Assembly: GCA_951406725.2 (NCBI GenBank)
Contig: OX597819.1
Coordinates: 38,316,001-38,380,000 of the forward strand
From: Octopus vulgaris
Taxonomy: Eukaryota
Length of the DNA stretch: 64,000 bases
Reading direction: 5' to 3'
The position numbers and the translations under genes are program-made. The notes beneath the pieces were generated by a model, which had not been told where the DNA came from, searched no databases, and was given only the letters and a program-made list of their open reading frames with translations. Below, one piece after another: positions 25,214-40,503 of the stretch; within the stretch, counting starts at the first letter, position 1, and each line of letters opens with the position of its first letter.

Positions 25214-25335
25214 TTGGCCTGCTCGCTTAGCCAGTGGGGTGGCATCATTTGAAGGCTAAAACAATGCGAAGCGCATTGTGACCAGCGATGTGTAGCAACA
25301 TCTGATAGCCTGGTCGGTCACTGTGTGTGATCACT

Positions 25336-25340
<5 letters not shown>
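25214..25340 (+). mobile_element. 3' fragment of SINE family D
   Basis: Reverse complement of 40516-40602. Confidence 0.75.
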
Positions 25341-25395
<55 letters not shown>

Positions 25396-25525
25396 TATAA
25401 ATGTGTATATATTTATAACTATAGATAGATATCAATATCTATTTGTCTATCTATCTATCTACCTGTATAGGTATGTATCTATCTATATATCTATCTATCT
25501 CTCTATCTAAAAATATATATATATA

Positions 25526-26790
25526 TTGGGTCACCCCATAAATAATGCAGTTCTTTAACACTTTTATTTTATTCTTCTAGTGCTGACTTGAGATAAACAA
25601 AATTCTTTTTAATCTAAAATATACTCTCCTACATTTTCTATAATGCTGTTTCATCTATCTGGTAGACTTACAAAGCCTCTCTTCCAAAATTCATTTGTCC
25701 ATGATGAAAAATACTCCTCCAGTACTGTTCTGACCTTGTCTACATAATTTATATTTTTTCCATCCAAATGATTTTGAAGACTGCAGAATAAATGATAATC
25801 AGATGGGGCAATGTCTGGTGAATATGGTGGGTGGGGCATTGTTTCCTATTCAATTCAAACTGCTCCAGCCTTTGGAATATCATCCTGCTGTATGTGGTCG
25901 AGCATTATTCTGATGGGAGAAACCAAAGATGGTCGTTTTTCTTCTAGCGCTGACTTAAGCCGCTCAAGTTGCTCACAACAGATCTCCCTTGTTATAATTT
26001 GGTTTGGGTTTAAAATGTACTAAAATGTTCTAATGTACTAAAACTTTCATATCTCACCAAACAGATAACAACACCTTACATGGGTGAAGACCATCTTTAG
26101 CCTGAGGTGCAGGTGTTTCTCTTTTCCCTTCCCACTGTCTTCGGCACTTGGCATTTTTATAGGGAACCCATTTCCTATTACCAATTACTATTCAGTCCAA
26201 AAAAGGTTCATTCATGGGACATGACAACAAAGAAGAGCACACATTCACTCTCTGCACACAATTAGACTCAGAAAGTTTGTGCTGACTTTTCCAATGGCAT
26301 GCAGGTGTCAATGAATAGTTGAATGACCAAATCCAAGCTTCTCTGCTTGTTCCTCAACAGTTATGGTGGGATTTTGTTCCACCAGGGTTTGCAGGACATC
26401 CTCGTCAAGCTCTACAGATTTTCCAGAATGAAGCTCATCTTCTAGGCTGTAGTCTCCGGCTCAGAATTTCTGGAACTACCGTTGACACTGGCTTATGCTT
26501 TTTGTCCAATCCCTATATGCTACATTAATATTCCTTGCACTTTCTGTTGTGTTGTTGCCTTTCTTGAACTCATAAAGCAGAATATGCCAAGTATGCTCCT
26601 TTGTTATTTCCATATTAGCTTTGAAAAAGTAACTGTTAAAATCGAACTACACTCCTCAACTCTTCCACTAAGAATAAGTACAAGGTAAAATTACTGCCTG
26701 TTTTTATAGCAAGTTGATGCAGGTAGTTTATTGCATCCTCTTCTGACTTAGTTCATGCAATTGAAAAAACCACATTATTTATTGGATGAC

Positions 26791-26794
<4 letters not shown>
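25526..26794 (-). mobile_element. mariner DNA transposon, near full length, inactive
   Basis: TIRs TTGGGTCACCCCATAAATAATG / CATTATTTATTGGATGACCCAA with TA TSD; ~1.27 kb. Confidence 0.92.
25609..26613 (-). pseudogene. mariner transposase pseudogene
   Basis: Starts MEITKEHTWHILLYEFKKG; HPPYSPDIAPSDYHLF; ends GEYILD*; multiple frameshifts. Confidence 0.9.
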
Positions 26795-27663
<869 letters not shown>

Positions 27664-29119
27664 GAAATTCTTTTGGTGAATAGATGCACATACCTCAGTG
27701 TGTTCATTGATAGCTGAACCAACACAATCACATATTTATAGACACCAGGAAGTCTCTTCGCTCAAAAAGTCATGTCGCTTTGTTGATGAATGTCTGGAAT
27801 TCTCTAAAGAAGAACTTAATCAAAACTCATAGAAAAATCATACATACATATACGTGTGTTACTTTCTGTTCATTTACAAACTTAGGAATAAATCTAAATT
27901 ACAAATTACAACCGTGATTTCTGATTAACTCTCTGTCTAGTCATCTGGTGTTTAGTGTTGTAACAACTAAGCTCTAGTGACAATCAAGAAGTTGTTAATC
28001 CTTTAAATATCTCTAAGGAGCAACAGGTATTCATGTAACTCAGAGAGCTAAAGAAAACTTACTTTATCAGGATAATAAAAATAAAGTGGTTGCCTCTGGC
28101 CATTTATTCATTCAGAAAGAAAATATGTTATGTTAAAGAATAGGAAAAGCATTTTTAAAAAGGGATTTTCTTTATTTAATAATATTCCATCTGGAGCAGG
28201 CTATTTTTGTGGGGTGTTTTTGATATGAATTAAATCTGTATCATACATTTTATTTCATTCCCCCTGTTCTTGATTAGTCACAACTTCTTTGTCAAGATAT
28301 TACAGTTATTTAGAACGACATGTCAAAATTTACTTTTTAATGCAATTACAATGGCCTCTTGTTTATTATCATGGTGGTAGATTTGTTAATGATGCTTGTA
28401 TTCATTAAGTAGTTTTTTATGATAACTTTCGTGCAAAATCTATTTGAAATTTCAATTTGAAATACATTAACTTCACAGGTTTGACAGCAATAAGAAAAAT
28501 ATTTCTAACAGTACAAATAAATAGTAGTTGATCAAATATTAACTGAAAGGAGCTGTGACTCTGATAATTAAGAATGTAGACTGTTGACGTAGATAAAATA
28601 GATTAATACCCTCTTTAGACTGTACTCTTAACAGACACCTGCTCCTTCACTAGCTTTTATATCTGCTGGTAAAACATTGACTATCTTCATTTTGCAGTTA
28701 AGTGTGTATTCAATTATAAAATAATTCAAATTATTATTATCAGCCTCTTTGTTGTTTAAATTTCATCTTAATATGAGTTTGAGTAAACCTGTTCTAAATC
28801 CTTAAAAATGTTTCAGACCAAAGGCTGCGGCCATGCTGGGGCACCATTTTTTATGTAATGTATTCTGATGCGTTATGATTCTTTATTCTCTTATCTTTAA
28901 GGTTCAATCAAATAGCATTTGATTGATTCACTCCTTTCATGTCTTTTTCAGTCTTCAACCCTAAACTTCAGTAATAACAAATAATAAGAATGTATTCAAA
29001 ATTTACTTGAATATATATCTACAAATATCCTGATGTTTTCCAGAATAACGTTTTTTTTAGTTTTGAATTTTAAAAGCCTACATATGTTTATAGTTTTCAG
29101 TTTAATATTTCCTGTATTT

Positions 29120-29336
29120 AAGGCAGCTAACTGTCAGAATTGTTAGCATGCTAGGTGAAATGCTTAGTGGCATTCCATTCGTCTTCGTGTTCTGAGTTTG
29201 AATTCTGCCGAGGCCCAATATGCCCTTTATCCTTTGGGGGTTGATAAAATAAGTACCAGTTAAGTACGGGGTCAATGTAATTCACTCACTGCTCCCCCAA
29301 AACTGCTGGTGTTATACCAAAATTTGAAATCAATAT
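29120..29336 (+). mobile_element. SINE family B, older subfamily with alternative tail
   Basis: B-family head and centre; tail CCAAAATTTGAAATCAATA shared with the 18520, 30590, 38780 and 45200 copies. Confidence 0.7.
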
Positions 29337-30059
29337 TTACTGCCACCACTCTGTACCTTTTGTGTAAGTACCTGCATTTACCTCTGGTAAGTACCTGTAA
29401 GTACCTTCATTTGCCATCAGTGTTTGGAACAACTTATGTCTGTAAACAAACATTTTCAAAAATGAAGTATGTGAAGTCAGCATACTGAACAAGGTTGACT
29501 GATGAATGTTTGAAAGCAATTCTCTAGGCTGGATGCAGCAACATCAAAGCAAATATTGATATCTTAAAAGCTAAACACCAGTTTCACAAATCTCATTAAA
29601 CTTTTTTTGGTGCTTAGTTTGTGAGATTTGGATATGTGTGCACTGGGTGTGATATAACGATATAACTATCTCATCACTGACGTCACCCTCTTTGATAACT
29701 TTTGGGTAAATAAATATGTTGGTTTTTTTTTTTATTTTTTGTGTATTCACGATATTGTAATAAACAAAATAGTTACGCGACCCACGCTTATCATTCTCTC
29801 AGTTATTTGGCCCACCATAAAAAAAGTTTAGTGTCCCCAGGTATAAAAGATGCATAAGCATATTATACACACCCCAGTTTCCACAGGGTGTATCAGGAAG
29901 AAAGGTTTTGGGGTTTGAACCTTATGGGAAGACCCTACTTTGCATATCAGGCCTGGAGTGATTTCTTTGAGACATTTATTTGGAAAAAAGTATGTCCAAT
30001 GTACCATCAGAAATGGTAACTACCTTTTCTATACTTTCATATTAATAATATATCTTTTT

Positions 30060-30432
30060 CTTTTTTACTTGTTTCAGTCACTTGACTGCGGCCATGCTGG
30101 AGCACCGCCTTTTAGTCGAACAAATCGACCCCAGGTCTTATTCTTTGTAAGCCTAGTACTTATTCTATCGGTCTCTTTTGCTGAGCCGCTAAGTAACAGG
30201 GACGTAAACATACCAGCATTGGTTGTCAAGTGATGTTGGGGGACAAACACACACATATATATATATATGACAGGCTTCTTTCAGTTTCTGTCTACCAAAT
30301 CCACTCACAAGGCTTTGGTCGGCCCGAGGTTATAGTAGAAGACGCTTTCCCAAGGTGCCACGCAGTGGGACTGAACCCAGAACCGTGTGGTTGGTAAGCA
30401 GGCTACTTACCACACAGCCACTCCTGCGCCTA
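30060..30432 (-). mobile_element. SINE family A, full length
   Basis: Ends CACACAGCCACTCCTGCGCC (head on minus strand). Confidence 0.9.
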
Positions 30433-30944
30433 TGATGCTTTTATGTTCTGAGTTCAAATTCCTCCAAGGTTAATATTGCTTTTCATCCTTTTGGAGTTGA
30501 TAAAATAAGTACCAGTTGAGTACTAGGGGTCAATGTAATCAACTTACCCCCTTCCCCAAAATTGCTGGCCTTGTGCCAAAATTTGAAACCAGTAATATAT
30601 GATGTCATTTTGTCATATCTATTTAGGGTTAAATGTCGATTTTTGTATGATGAATTTAATCTGGGCTATGTAAACTATTGCCCAACATCCATCATGCACC
30701 ACTCATAATTAGTACCCAGAAAATGGATCAACAGATTCTGTTGACCTGTTGTTAAATATTTGGGTAGTTTCTTTTCCTATTAAATTTTCCTTGTCTTTAA
30801 ATGAAATTGGAATCAGTATTACAAGTAAATGAAACACTTGTTGATCTTGCAGTGCTATGGCTGATGTTGTTTGTATTTTTTAGCACTTGGTCAGCCCTAA
30901 CTGAGCAAATCCATAGCCAAAGGTTTTCTGGTCCATTACTATCT

Positions 30945-31036
30945 CTTTTACTCTTTTATTTGTTTTCAGTCATTTGACTGCGGGGACGTAAACACACCAG
31001 TATTGGTTGTCAAGCAATGGTGGGGGGACAGACACA

Positions 31037-31113
<77 letters not shown>

Positions 31114-31240
31114 GACAGGCTTCTTTCAGTTTCCATCTACCAAATCCACTCACAAGGCTTTGGTCGGCCCGAGGCTATAGTAGAATACACCTGCCCTAGG
31201 TGCCATGCAGTGGGACTGAACTCAGAACCATGTGGTTAGT
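30945..31240 (-). mobile_element. SINE family A with internal deletion and long (CA)n
   Basis: Homology; ~70-bp (CA)n at 31037-31110. Confidence 0.85.
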
Positions 31241-31662
31241 AATTCATTTTTTTTCCTGCTTTTTCCTTATCCTCAAGCAAAGTTTATTACTTTCTTAATT
31301 CAGTTTCCCACCCCTATATAGATACATACAGACAGATAGGCAGACAGACAGACATGCATACACATACATGCACATGCATATGCATGCACTAACACGCACA
31401 CACACACACACATATAAAAGACATATGTATGGCTGTGTGGTTAATAAGTTCACTTTCCAACCACATGGTTTTGGATTCAGTCCCACAGCACAGCACACCA
31501 CTTTGAGCTAGTGTTTTCTTCTATAACCCCAAGCTGACGAAAGTTTTCTGAGTGAATTTGGTAAGCAGAAATTAAAAGATCTTGTTGTGTGTGTGTGTGT
31601 GTGTGTGTACGTACGTACCTCAGTGCATGTGTGTGCAGATAGTTCTAGATGATTTTTCCTCA

Positions 31663-32063
31663 GTGGTTGTGTGGTAAGTAGCTTGCTTACTGACTACATG
31701 GTTCGGGGTTCAGTCCCACTATGTGGCACCTTGGGCAAGTGTCTTCTACTATAGCCTCGGGCCGACCGAAGCCTTGTGAGTGGATTTGGTAGACGGAAAC
31801 TCAAAGAAGCCCGTCATATATATGTATATATATATGTATGTGTGTGTATGTGTTTGTGTGTCTGGGTTTGTCCTCCCAACATCGCTTGACAACCGATGCT
31901 GGTGTGTTTCCGTCCCCATTACTTAGCGGTTCAGCAAAAGAGACTGATAGAATAAGTACTAGGCTTACAAAGAATAAGTCCTGGGGTCGATTTGCTCGAC
32001 TAAAGGCGGTGCTCCAGCATGGCCACAGTCACATGACTGAAACAAGTAAAAGAGTAAAAGAGT
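31663..32063 (+). mobile_element. SINE family A
   Basis: Homology; tail (AAAAGAGT)n. Confidence 0.9.
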
Positions 32064-32509
32064 AATTGCAACATGTCTAATATCTAAAATCGCAGACACA
32101 TTCTGTCTGTAGTAGCTTAAAAATAATTTCTTAAGAAAACATTCAAAATTAATTTCCCCTTATTTTGGAACATTCTCAGCAAATATTAACATTTCTTTTT
32201 TAAATTGTTGCACTTTAACTTGATAGCTATTAGCAGTCATGAAATTTTTCTGTCTCTCTTTCTTCCTCTTATCTTTCTGCCTCCTCTCTCTCTCTCTTCC
32301 ATGCACTCTGTCCCTCATCTTTTAGATGTTATGCTGTATCATTTACCTGAATAACAGGAAACTAATCATCTCAAGTCAGATGCTTCAAGGGTTTCTATCT
32401 GCTTTACAACAAATTTACAATGTTTTACTGTAAATCTAATGGATTCTTAAGAATACATAATAAATCCATTATGAAACCATGAAGACCTACATTGTGTATT
32501 TGTGTGCGA

Positions 32510-32565
<56 letters not shown>

Positions 32566-33129
32566 ATACATATATATGTGAGTATATATATATATGTGTG
32601 TGTGTGTGTACATATATATTGGTATGTGTGTGTACATTTGTTTGTATGGTTTGGTTTCATAGTGTATATTTAACTATTCTTAGGATTACATATTACATTT
32701 ACAATAAAATATTGTGTGTGTGCATGTATTGAATGATAATCTTCAAATTATCAAGTAACATTTGTAGATTACCGTATCTGGTATCTGAGAAATTAACAAA
32801 TTGTAGATAATCGGATCAAAACAAAATAATTTTGGTGAAGCTTGATAAATTTTTCTTCCAAAATATTTTTTTGGTATCCTTAATGAAATGACTGTAAAAA
32901 ATCTCATTTTTGTTAGCATTATTGATTATCTGCCAGTGGTGCTAGATTCTGCTTGTTCCATAACAATTAATTTTTCATTTTATTTAAATATCAAGGTAGT
33001 TTTTCTTAATGTATCATTAAATTGACTAAATAGGCAGAGTCATGAGAGTATTGAACAAAATCACATGCAGTATATCAACTAGCTCTCCAGGGCTCTGAGT
33101 TCAGGTCCTGGCACAAGTTTCCATTTTAG

Positions 33130-33298
33130 CAGAAGGTAATGGCGAACTTCTGCTGACCCTTTTGCCACAACTCTCTCTCACTCTTTCCTCCTGCATCACC
33201 TGCAATGGACCAGCGTCCCATCCAGGTGGGGAACCTATATGCAAAGGAAACTGGGAAACCGGCCCTAATGAGCCAGAAGATTTGAGAAGGAACAAACA
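33130..33298 (+). mobile_element. SINE fragment with V-domain-like segment
   Basis: CCTGCAATGGACCAGCGTCCCATCCAGGTGG resembles the V-SINE conserved motif (from memory). Confidence 0.45.
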
Positions 33299-36115
33299 CA
33301 CTGTTGCAAGCATTTGGGCCTGCTCTCTAATTTGAGGATAACCTCCTTCCACTTGTCTTACTGGTCTTGAAAACTGGTGGGGTTCGGTGTTGTTGCCCTG
33401 CCACTCCCTAACTAAATAAAAAAAAACAATTTATTATCTCTGTATAATTGATATTTAGAATATGCTTTCTGTTGTTAGATGAAATACCTTGTGGTATTTG
33501 ATCCAACTCTTTACATTCTGTGTTCAAATTCCATGAAGGTAGACTTTTTCTTTCATCACTCCAGGGTTGATAAAATAAAGTACCTGTCAAATACCAAGAT
33601 TGATATAATCAACTTAGCACTCCCTGCCAAATTCCTGGCTTTGTGCTTATGTTAGAAACAATTATCCTCATCATCATCATTGTCATCATCTATTGACTAC
33701 AATTTGCACTTATCAAGTATAATAATACATGTACCACATATCAGGGGCGTATATTCTGGGTGTGCTAGGTGTGCACTGTATACCCTTCAGAAATGGCAAA
33801 TTCATTATAAATATTAACCATACTCATTAATTTAACCACAAATCTTAATGGAAAGTTTTTGTTGTACTCCTGCTTGAAATTTGGTGGCATTGTGTGTGGC
33901 AGCACACTGAATACAACAACCACCATACGCCACTGTCACATATCTCCTTTCATCTGTGTCTTGCATTCATCAGCTGTCACAACACCACAATCTTTCATTG
34001 AAAACTATTATTGTGAAGGAAACAATAGTACTGATTCAAAACCATATGAGAATATGGTCATCATAATTTAAATAATTGTTTTGTGTTACTGATTCTAATA
34101 AAATCACTGTATATGTACACTATTTCAGCTCAAATTTCATTTACAAAACATGACATCACTTATTTACTGACGTTTTTAAAAGCTTGCATACATATTTTAT
34201 ATTTCTTTTGGTTCTTGTTTCTATTGGTTACTCACAAGTAAACCCTGATCAAACAGAACTACCATCTAAGACATTCTTGTTGTAATCATCCTATCTTTTG
34301 TCATATTTAAGACAAGGTTATCCAGTGGGTCCTTACAAACTTGATATAATATGGAGAGTGATTTGAAAGAAAATTTAATCCCTATTCTGCATGGATTATG
34401 CAAAAACATAGAGGTTTGCTTGGCATTAATGTCAGAACTTTCTTTGCTTTTAAACTTCATAACCATGAGGTAGTATAATGACTTTAGATATACCAAGAAT
34501 TATTCTATACAAGTTAGAGACATGATTGTGTCATAAAGAAATTAAAGAATCTTAATGTTTATTAAAATTATTAACATCAATAATAATTTTTTAATGCATT
34601 GGATTTACTTGGCTAAATCTTTTAATTTCTTTTTTTGAGAAAAATAAAAGAAATGATAATAATATAAATTCATGTTTTGCATTGAAGGTAATTTTAGAAA
34701 ATTGAACAGTCATTTGGAATGTATCAAAAAAAAAAAAATAATCAAGTATAAAATATAAATAAATAAAACCAAGCATTTAGTAATAAAATACCATAAGAAA
34801 TAATAAACATTAAATATACAAAAATGAGTTATTAATTGTTTATTTTTAGATAAATATAGTTAAAACTGAAATCAGTACATTTAAAACATATGGCATAATT
34901 GATTTTGAGAAGAAAAGAAGTAATCTATCAATAAATGTGAATTATTAAATACAAAATTCTAATTATTAATTTCTGACAATAGTAGAAGATAATTTTTTAG
35001 TAAAATATAATTTTACAAAATTTATTGCTTCATTTTATGAATTCTACTTGGTTTGTTGTTCCTCTTAAGAAATTATGAAATGTATAATACTTAGAGACTA
35101 TAAGCTGGTACTTTCCAGAGGATCTGCACAACAGCAGCTAACAACAAATTATAAATTAGATTAAATGTAGAATCATCAATAGTTTATTGTAATCTGAGGA
35201 AACTAGTGATGTTCTTTGATGACAAAATGATGTGAGGAAGAAGAGAAATCTATTTTAAATGTTTGTCTTTCTTCTTTGGGGAGAGAGGGTAAAAAATATA
35301 ATGATCTTAACACTCGGACACAGACTTGCAATTTTGTATCTTAGTGTTAAGTCTTCTTTTCCTTCTTTTTTCTCAAAGGAAGGATAAATGTCTGAAACAT
35401 TAGGCATTTCTTCTTCGAGGTATTTTCATTGATTAAACTAAGTTCATTGTTATTACTGAGACAAAGTCAAATAAATTTACAATTAACTGTTACAGTGAAT
35501 TGGCAGAGAAGTTAGAGCATTGGATAAAATACCTCATGATATTTGTTCTGACTCTCTATGATTTGGGTTCAACTCCTACTAAAACAAACATTGTGGTTTA
35601 GCAGAACTGTAAAAATATTTGACCAATATTTGTGGTATTTGTTCTGACTTTTTCTGTTCTAAATTCAAATCCAGTTATAGACTTAATCTTTTGTCCAGTT
35701 TAACACTAGAAAGCTTTGATGTCTTTAATGGAATCTACTTTGTTGCAAGCATTTGGATCAGGTCTCCAATTTGAGGATACATCCCTCACCAATTCCTATG
35801 AGTCTCAGAAGCCCTTTAATGGGTCATGGGCATTGCCTTCTCTCCTGCTAAAAAGTAAAGTAATTAACAGGTATTAGATCATACTAAACCTTCTATTTTT
35901 GAAAATTCATACTAAGTTAGATTTATTCTTATTTCACAGGGCACATTTTGTTTTGCAAATAATCAGTTCTTAGAATAGATGTGATTAGAAATAGTTTTTC
36001 TATTCATCAAGCATTTTAGCCATGAAGTAAAGTAATAATTCACATCTGTTCAATTTAATTTTGTAAAATTTATCATTTTAGCCACCTAACATGAAATTAA
36101 ATCAAAATGTTTAAT

Positions 36116-36523
36116 CAATGCTTCTCAAACTCTTTTCAATTTTACCTCTTTTCCTTTACTAACAAATTTTCAATCCCTACCATAATCTCCAACTATAAAT
36201 TCAATAAAATTAAATGTAAGTCATTAATATAGTATGGAATGTATATGTGGTATATATTTGGTTCTGTTTATTTACTTATTCACATTTCAAAGTCTGCTAT
36301 TATTGTTGATGTTGTGATTGTGGCTGTCAAGCCGCTTATCATAGTGTGGACATTAAAAAAAAAATTACGACAATATTTAAACAGGACACAGACTAAGAAA
36401 AAACTGTGCAGGTGTGTGAAGCTGTTCTCCTACTGCATCCCCTTTCACCCAGGACTATACAAAATTTTCCAATGATTCCCCCACCACACCAAGAGACAGT
36501 GCTGCTCACTTTGAGAAATACTG
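36116..36523. mobile_element. Possible hAT-Charlie-like MITE
   Basis: CAATGCTTCTCAAACT ... ACTTTGAGAAATACTG imperfect TIRs; flanks GTTTAAT / GTTTAAAT. Confidence 0.45.
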
Positions 36524-36558
36524 GTTTAAATGAATGGACATTGCTAAACAACATTCAA

Positions 36559-37340
36559 CAGGCGCAGGAGTGGCTGTGTGGTAAGTAGCTTGCTTACCAA
36601 CCACATAGTTCCGTGTTCAGTCCCACTGTGTGGCACCTTGGACAAGTGTCTCCTGCTATAGCCTCGGGCCGACCAAAGCCTTGTGAGTGGATTTGGTAGA
36701 CGGAAACTGAAAGAAGCCTGTCATATATATGTATATGTATGTATGGGTATACACTTGCGTCAGATATTAATTAGCACCCTTGATTTGCTCTTCACTCAAG
36801 GTATGTGCTGTCACCTAGTGGCCATATCTCGAACTATTGCTTTGTTGCGAGTTCACTGTTGCGCAGAACGATGACGTAACTTTGTTTGCAGAGCAATTTG
36901 AGAGTCTACAGCCTTATGATGTTGACATAGCAGTGCAACAAATTGGAGTGTGGATGCAGACAAATCTTCCTTTGTTTAATAGATATAGGTAGCGCCTCGC
37001 AAGGACCGAAATCACACCATACTAAGTTTTCTCATCGCGTAAGACGTTTTGAACAGCTCATAGGTTAATTGATTTAACCTATTTAATGTAGAAATTTGAG
37101 ATGTGCTAATTAATTTCTGACGCAAGTGTATGTTTGTGTGTCTGTGTTTGTCCCCCTAACATCGCTTGACAACTGCTGGTGGTGTGTTTACATCCCCGTA
37201 ACTTAGCGGTTCGGCAAAAGAGACCGATAGAATAAGTACTGGGCTTACAAAGAATAAGTCCTGGGGGTCGATTCCCTCGACTAAAGGCGGAGCTCCAGTA
37301 TGGCCGCAGTCAAATGACTGAAACAAATAAGAGTAAAAGA
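36559..37340 (+). mobile_element. SINE family A split by a MITE
   Basis: Head 36559-36750; tail resumes at 37129. Confidence 0.9.
36752..37128. mobile_element. Tc1/mariner-type MITE, 377 bp, TA TSD
   Basis: TA|CACTTGCGTCAGATATTAATTAGCAC ... GTGCTAATTAATTTCTGACGCAAGTG|TA (26-bp TIR, 1 mismatch). Confidence 0.9.
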
Positions 37341-38802
37341 GTAAAGAGTAGAGTAAGAGTAGTTATAATCAACCAATTAGTCTTATTTTTTTTTTCTATA
37401 AATAAGCTTTATCTTTGATTAAACTTAATTGTCTAAATTGTCAGTATGCATAAAAACTTATTTATATATAAGGAGACATAGGGAGGGCAGGGCAATAGCC
37501 ATGACCCTTTATTTTTTTCTTGCCCTTCAAGACTGGTGGAAGAAAGAGGGTAAGTTAATCTTAAACTGAAGACCTAACTGAAATGCAGCAAAGCGGAATA
37601 TGATCTGCTTAAGGTATCCAAGGGTAAAGTCATGTTAAACTGTCAACATATTAAATCTGCCATTCAAGATCTCAGAATGCAAAGAGTCAGACCAAATATG
37701 CTCTAAAATATTCTGTTATGGCATGGTACTTTATTTTATCAGCCCTGAAAGGTTGAATGGCAAAGTTGCTATTGGCAGTATTTGAACTCAGAGGACAATG
37801 AACCAGATCAAACAGCACAAGGTATACTCTAATGATTCTGCCGATTTACTGTCTAGCAATTTGCCAATCTGGTCTTTTTTCATTTATTTGATCTTTTTAA
37901 TATTTTTCATGTAAAAAAAAAGCAACAAATTTTCAAACACACACATATGCATACACACTTTATCATCATCATCATCATCATCATCATTGTCTTCATTTTA
38001 ACATACATTTTTCAGTGGTTGCATGGACCCAACAAAAGTTGTGTTAAGACAGGTTTTCTATAATTGGATGCCTTTCTTGTCACCAACACTCAAATGTTTC
38101 CAGGCAAAGTAATATATCCTTTAGTCCTTAAACATTGAACAGTTCAAAGGCAGGACATATTTTCATAGAGGATCACAAATAAATGGCATTATTTGCATGA
38201 ATGGTGATTTTGATAATAATCAATGTGTAACTGTCAAAACAAGATGAAGGAACAAACACACACACACAAACATATACATAGTCAATGGGCTTCTTACAGT
38301 CTTTGTCTACTAAATTCACTCTCAAAGTATTGGTTGACTCAAGGCTGTAGTAGAAAACATTTTCTAATGTGCTAGTAACACTGAATGTGAAACTAGATTG
38401 TTGTAAAGTGAACTTCTTTATTACACAGCCATGTCTGTGCCTAAACAAGTCTGGTGTCAATAACTCAGTAACAATCACTACATATCATACATGCATGCAT
38501 GTAATAATGTTCAAATATAATAATGTAAATAATCCTTTGAGCTCATCCTAGGTTTCAATTTGATCATTTTTTTTTTTGTATAAGAATAATATTTTTAAGT
38601 GCCTAAAATGCTTGGTGGTATTTTACCTGTCACTACACTCTGAGTTTAAATTCCTCCTAGGTCGACTTTACCTTTCATCCTTTCAGGGTTGATAAAATAA
38701 GTACCAGTTGAACACTGAGATCAATGTAATTGACTCATCCCCTCACTAAAAATTGCTGCCCTTGTGGCAAAATTTGAAGCCATTATTATTATTATTATTA
38801 TT

Positions 38803-39356
38803 GAGTGAGCGAGCAGAGCATGCCATCAAAGTGACACTGGGGTAAAATATACGAAGCCCAGTATACCCATCATGACTACCCGTCTGATAAGGGTACACCA
38901 GGCACATGCATCACAACCATATGTGCGCGATATGGTGATCTCATATCAAGATAAACAGCACATGACCTTGCAGGTGGAGCCCAGTTAGAATTTTCTTCAG
39001 ATCGAGTAACCCATCCCGCTCAAAAGGTCCCTGAATAAGGGTTGTTTAAGGACGTTGAACGAAACACCCATGTTTCCAGAGGTGAATTATTCAAACCCCA
39101 AAGAATCCTTCTCAACACATGGCTATGATGCTCCCCAACTACTTCTGCTCGTGATCAGAGATGCACATATCGTCAGCCACTAAGGGACATGCTCAACTGG
39201 TTACGGTCAAGCAACTGACAAGCAAATCTGTGGTATTGAGCAGAATATTTGCTGTAGCCCATCTTTTATACCAAGACAAAACAATGTACATGATAACACT
39301 TCCAATCAGTTAAGATCAGAAGCCATGAGAGCCACTGCCTGGTACTGCATCAGGGC
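38803..39356. mobile_element. 554-bp non-coding insertion flanked on both sides by (ATT)n
   Basis: Sharp boundaries with (ATT)n; higher GC and CpG-retaining; no TIR and no clear ORF. Confidence 0.55.
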
Positions 39357-39394
<38 letters not shown>

Positions 39395-39417
39395 GTAGTA
39401 GTAGTAGTAGTAGTAGT

Positions 39418-39464
<47 letters not shown>

Positions 39465-39492
39465 TAGTAGTAGTAGTGGTAGTAGTAGTAGT
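39357..39492. repeat. Compound (ATT)n(AGT)n(AGC)n microsatellite
   Basis: Directly visible. Confidence 0.95.
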
Positions 39493-40267
39493 ATACTGAT
39501 TACATGAGTAGGAGTATGTTCCTTTTATTGAATATAAATGATGAACTTTTAGAAACAGTAAAATGCCCTATAGTGTTGATTTCATGCTTCCATGCCCTGA
39601 GATCAAATATCACCATATTAACCATTACCTTTCATCCCTGACAAGATTGATAAAATAAATACTGGTTATATACTGTGGTTGGTTCAGTCATCTGTAATAA
39701 TCTATTACTAATATGTAGCTTTGTACCAATGGAAGAAATCAATATTTTCACTTCAAATAAGGAAATTGCATTTATATCTTCATGAATGGTCATGAATAAT
39801 TGAACTTTCTCTATAAATACATATAGTCATGTATGAAACAGATAAATTAGATGAGAAAATAGTGAAATGGAAAAGTGATAAGAAAAAATAAAAACTTTAG
39901 ATCCTATAAATATATTAAGCTCTTCCTCCAGGACCTAGCAAACAATTCTGTAAAGACTATTTTTATCCCTTTTTTTCAATGTTTCCATGCCCTCGAGCAC
40001 AGACTTACCTTAAAACACCTAAGACAATGGATTAAAAAGTAACATTGTAGTTCTTATATGAGTGGAAATACTTTACTATCTTTACTGTAACATATATCAT
40101 ATAAAGACACATCCATCGTACGTCAGAACTGAAAAAGCAGACATGAAGGCGTTCACAGTAAATGATGTCATACATACATACATACATACATGCATGCATG
40201 CATACATACATGCATGCATGCATGCATACATACATGCATGCATGCATGCATACATACATGCATATAT

Positions 40268-40469
40268 ACTTTTTTACTTGTTTCAGTCATGTGACTGTGG
40301 CCATGCTGGAGCACCGCCTTTAGTCGAGCAAATCGACCCCAGGACTTTGTAAGCCTAGTACTTATTCTATTGGTCTCTTTTCTCAAACTGCTAAGTTACG
40401 GGAACGTAAACACACCAGCATCAGTTGTCAAGCGATATTGGGGGGACAAACACTGACACACAAACATAT

Positions 40470-40503
<34 letters not shown>

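Noticed and set aside
39325-39356. CCTGGTACTGCA similarity to the U2 snRNA 3' stem
   Set aside because: Only a short match; no branch-point recognition region or Sm site
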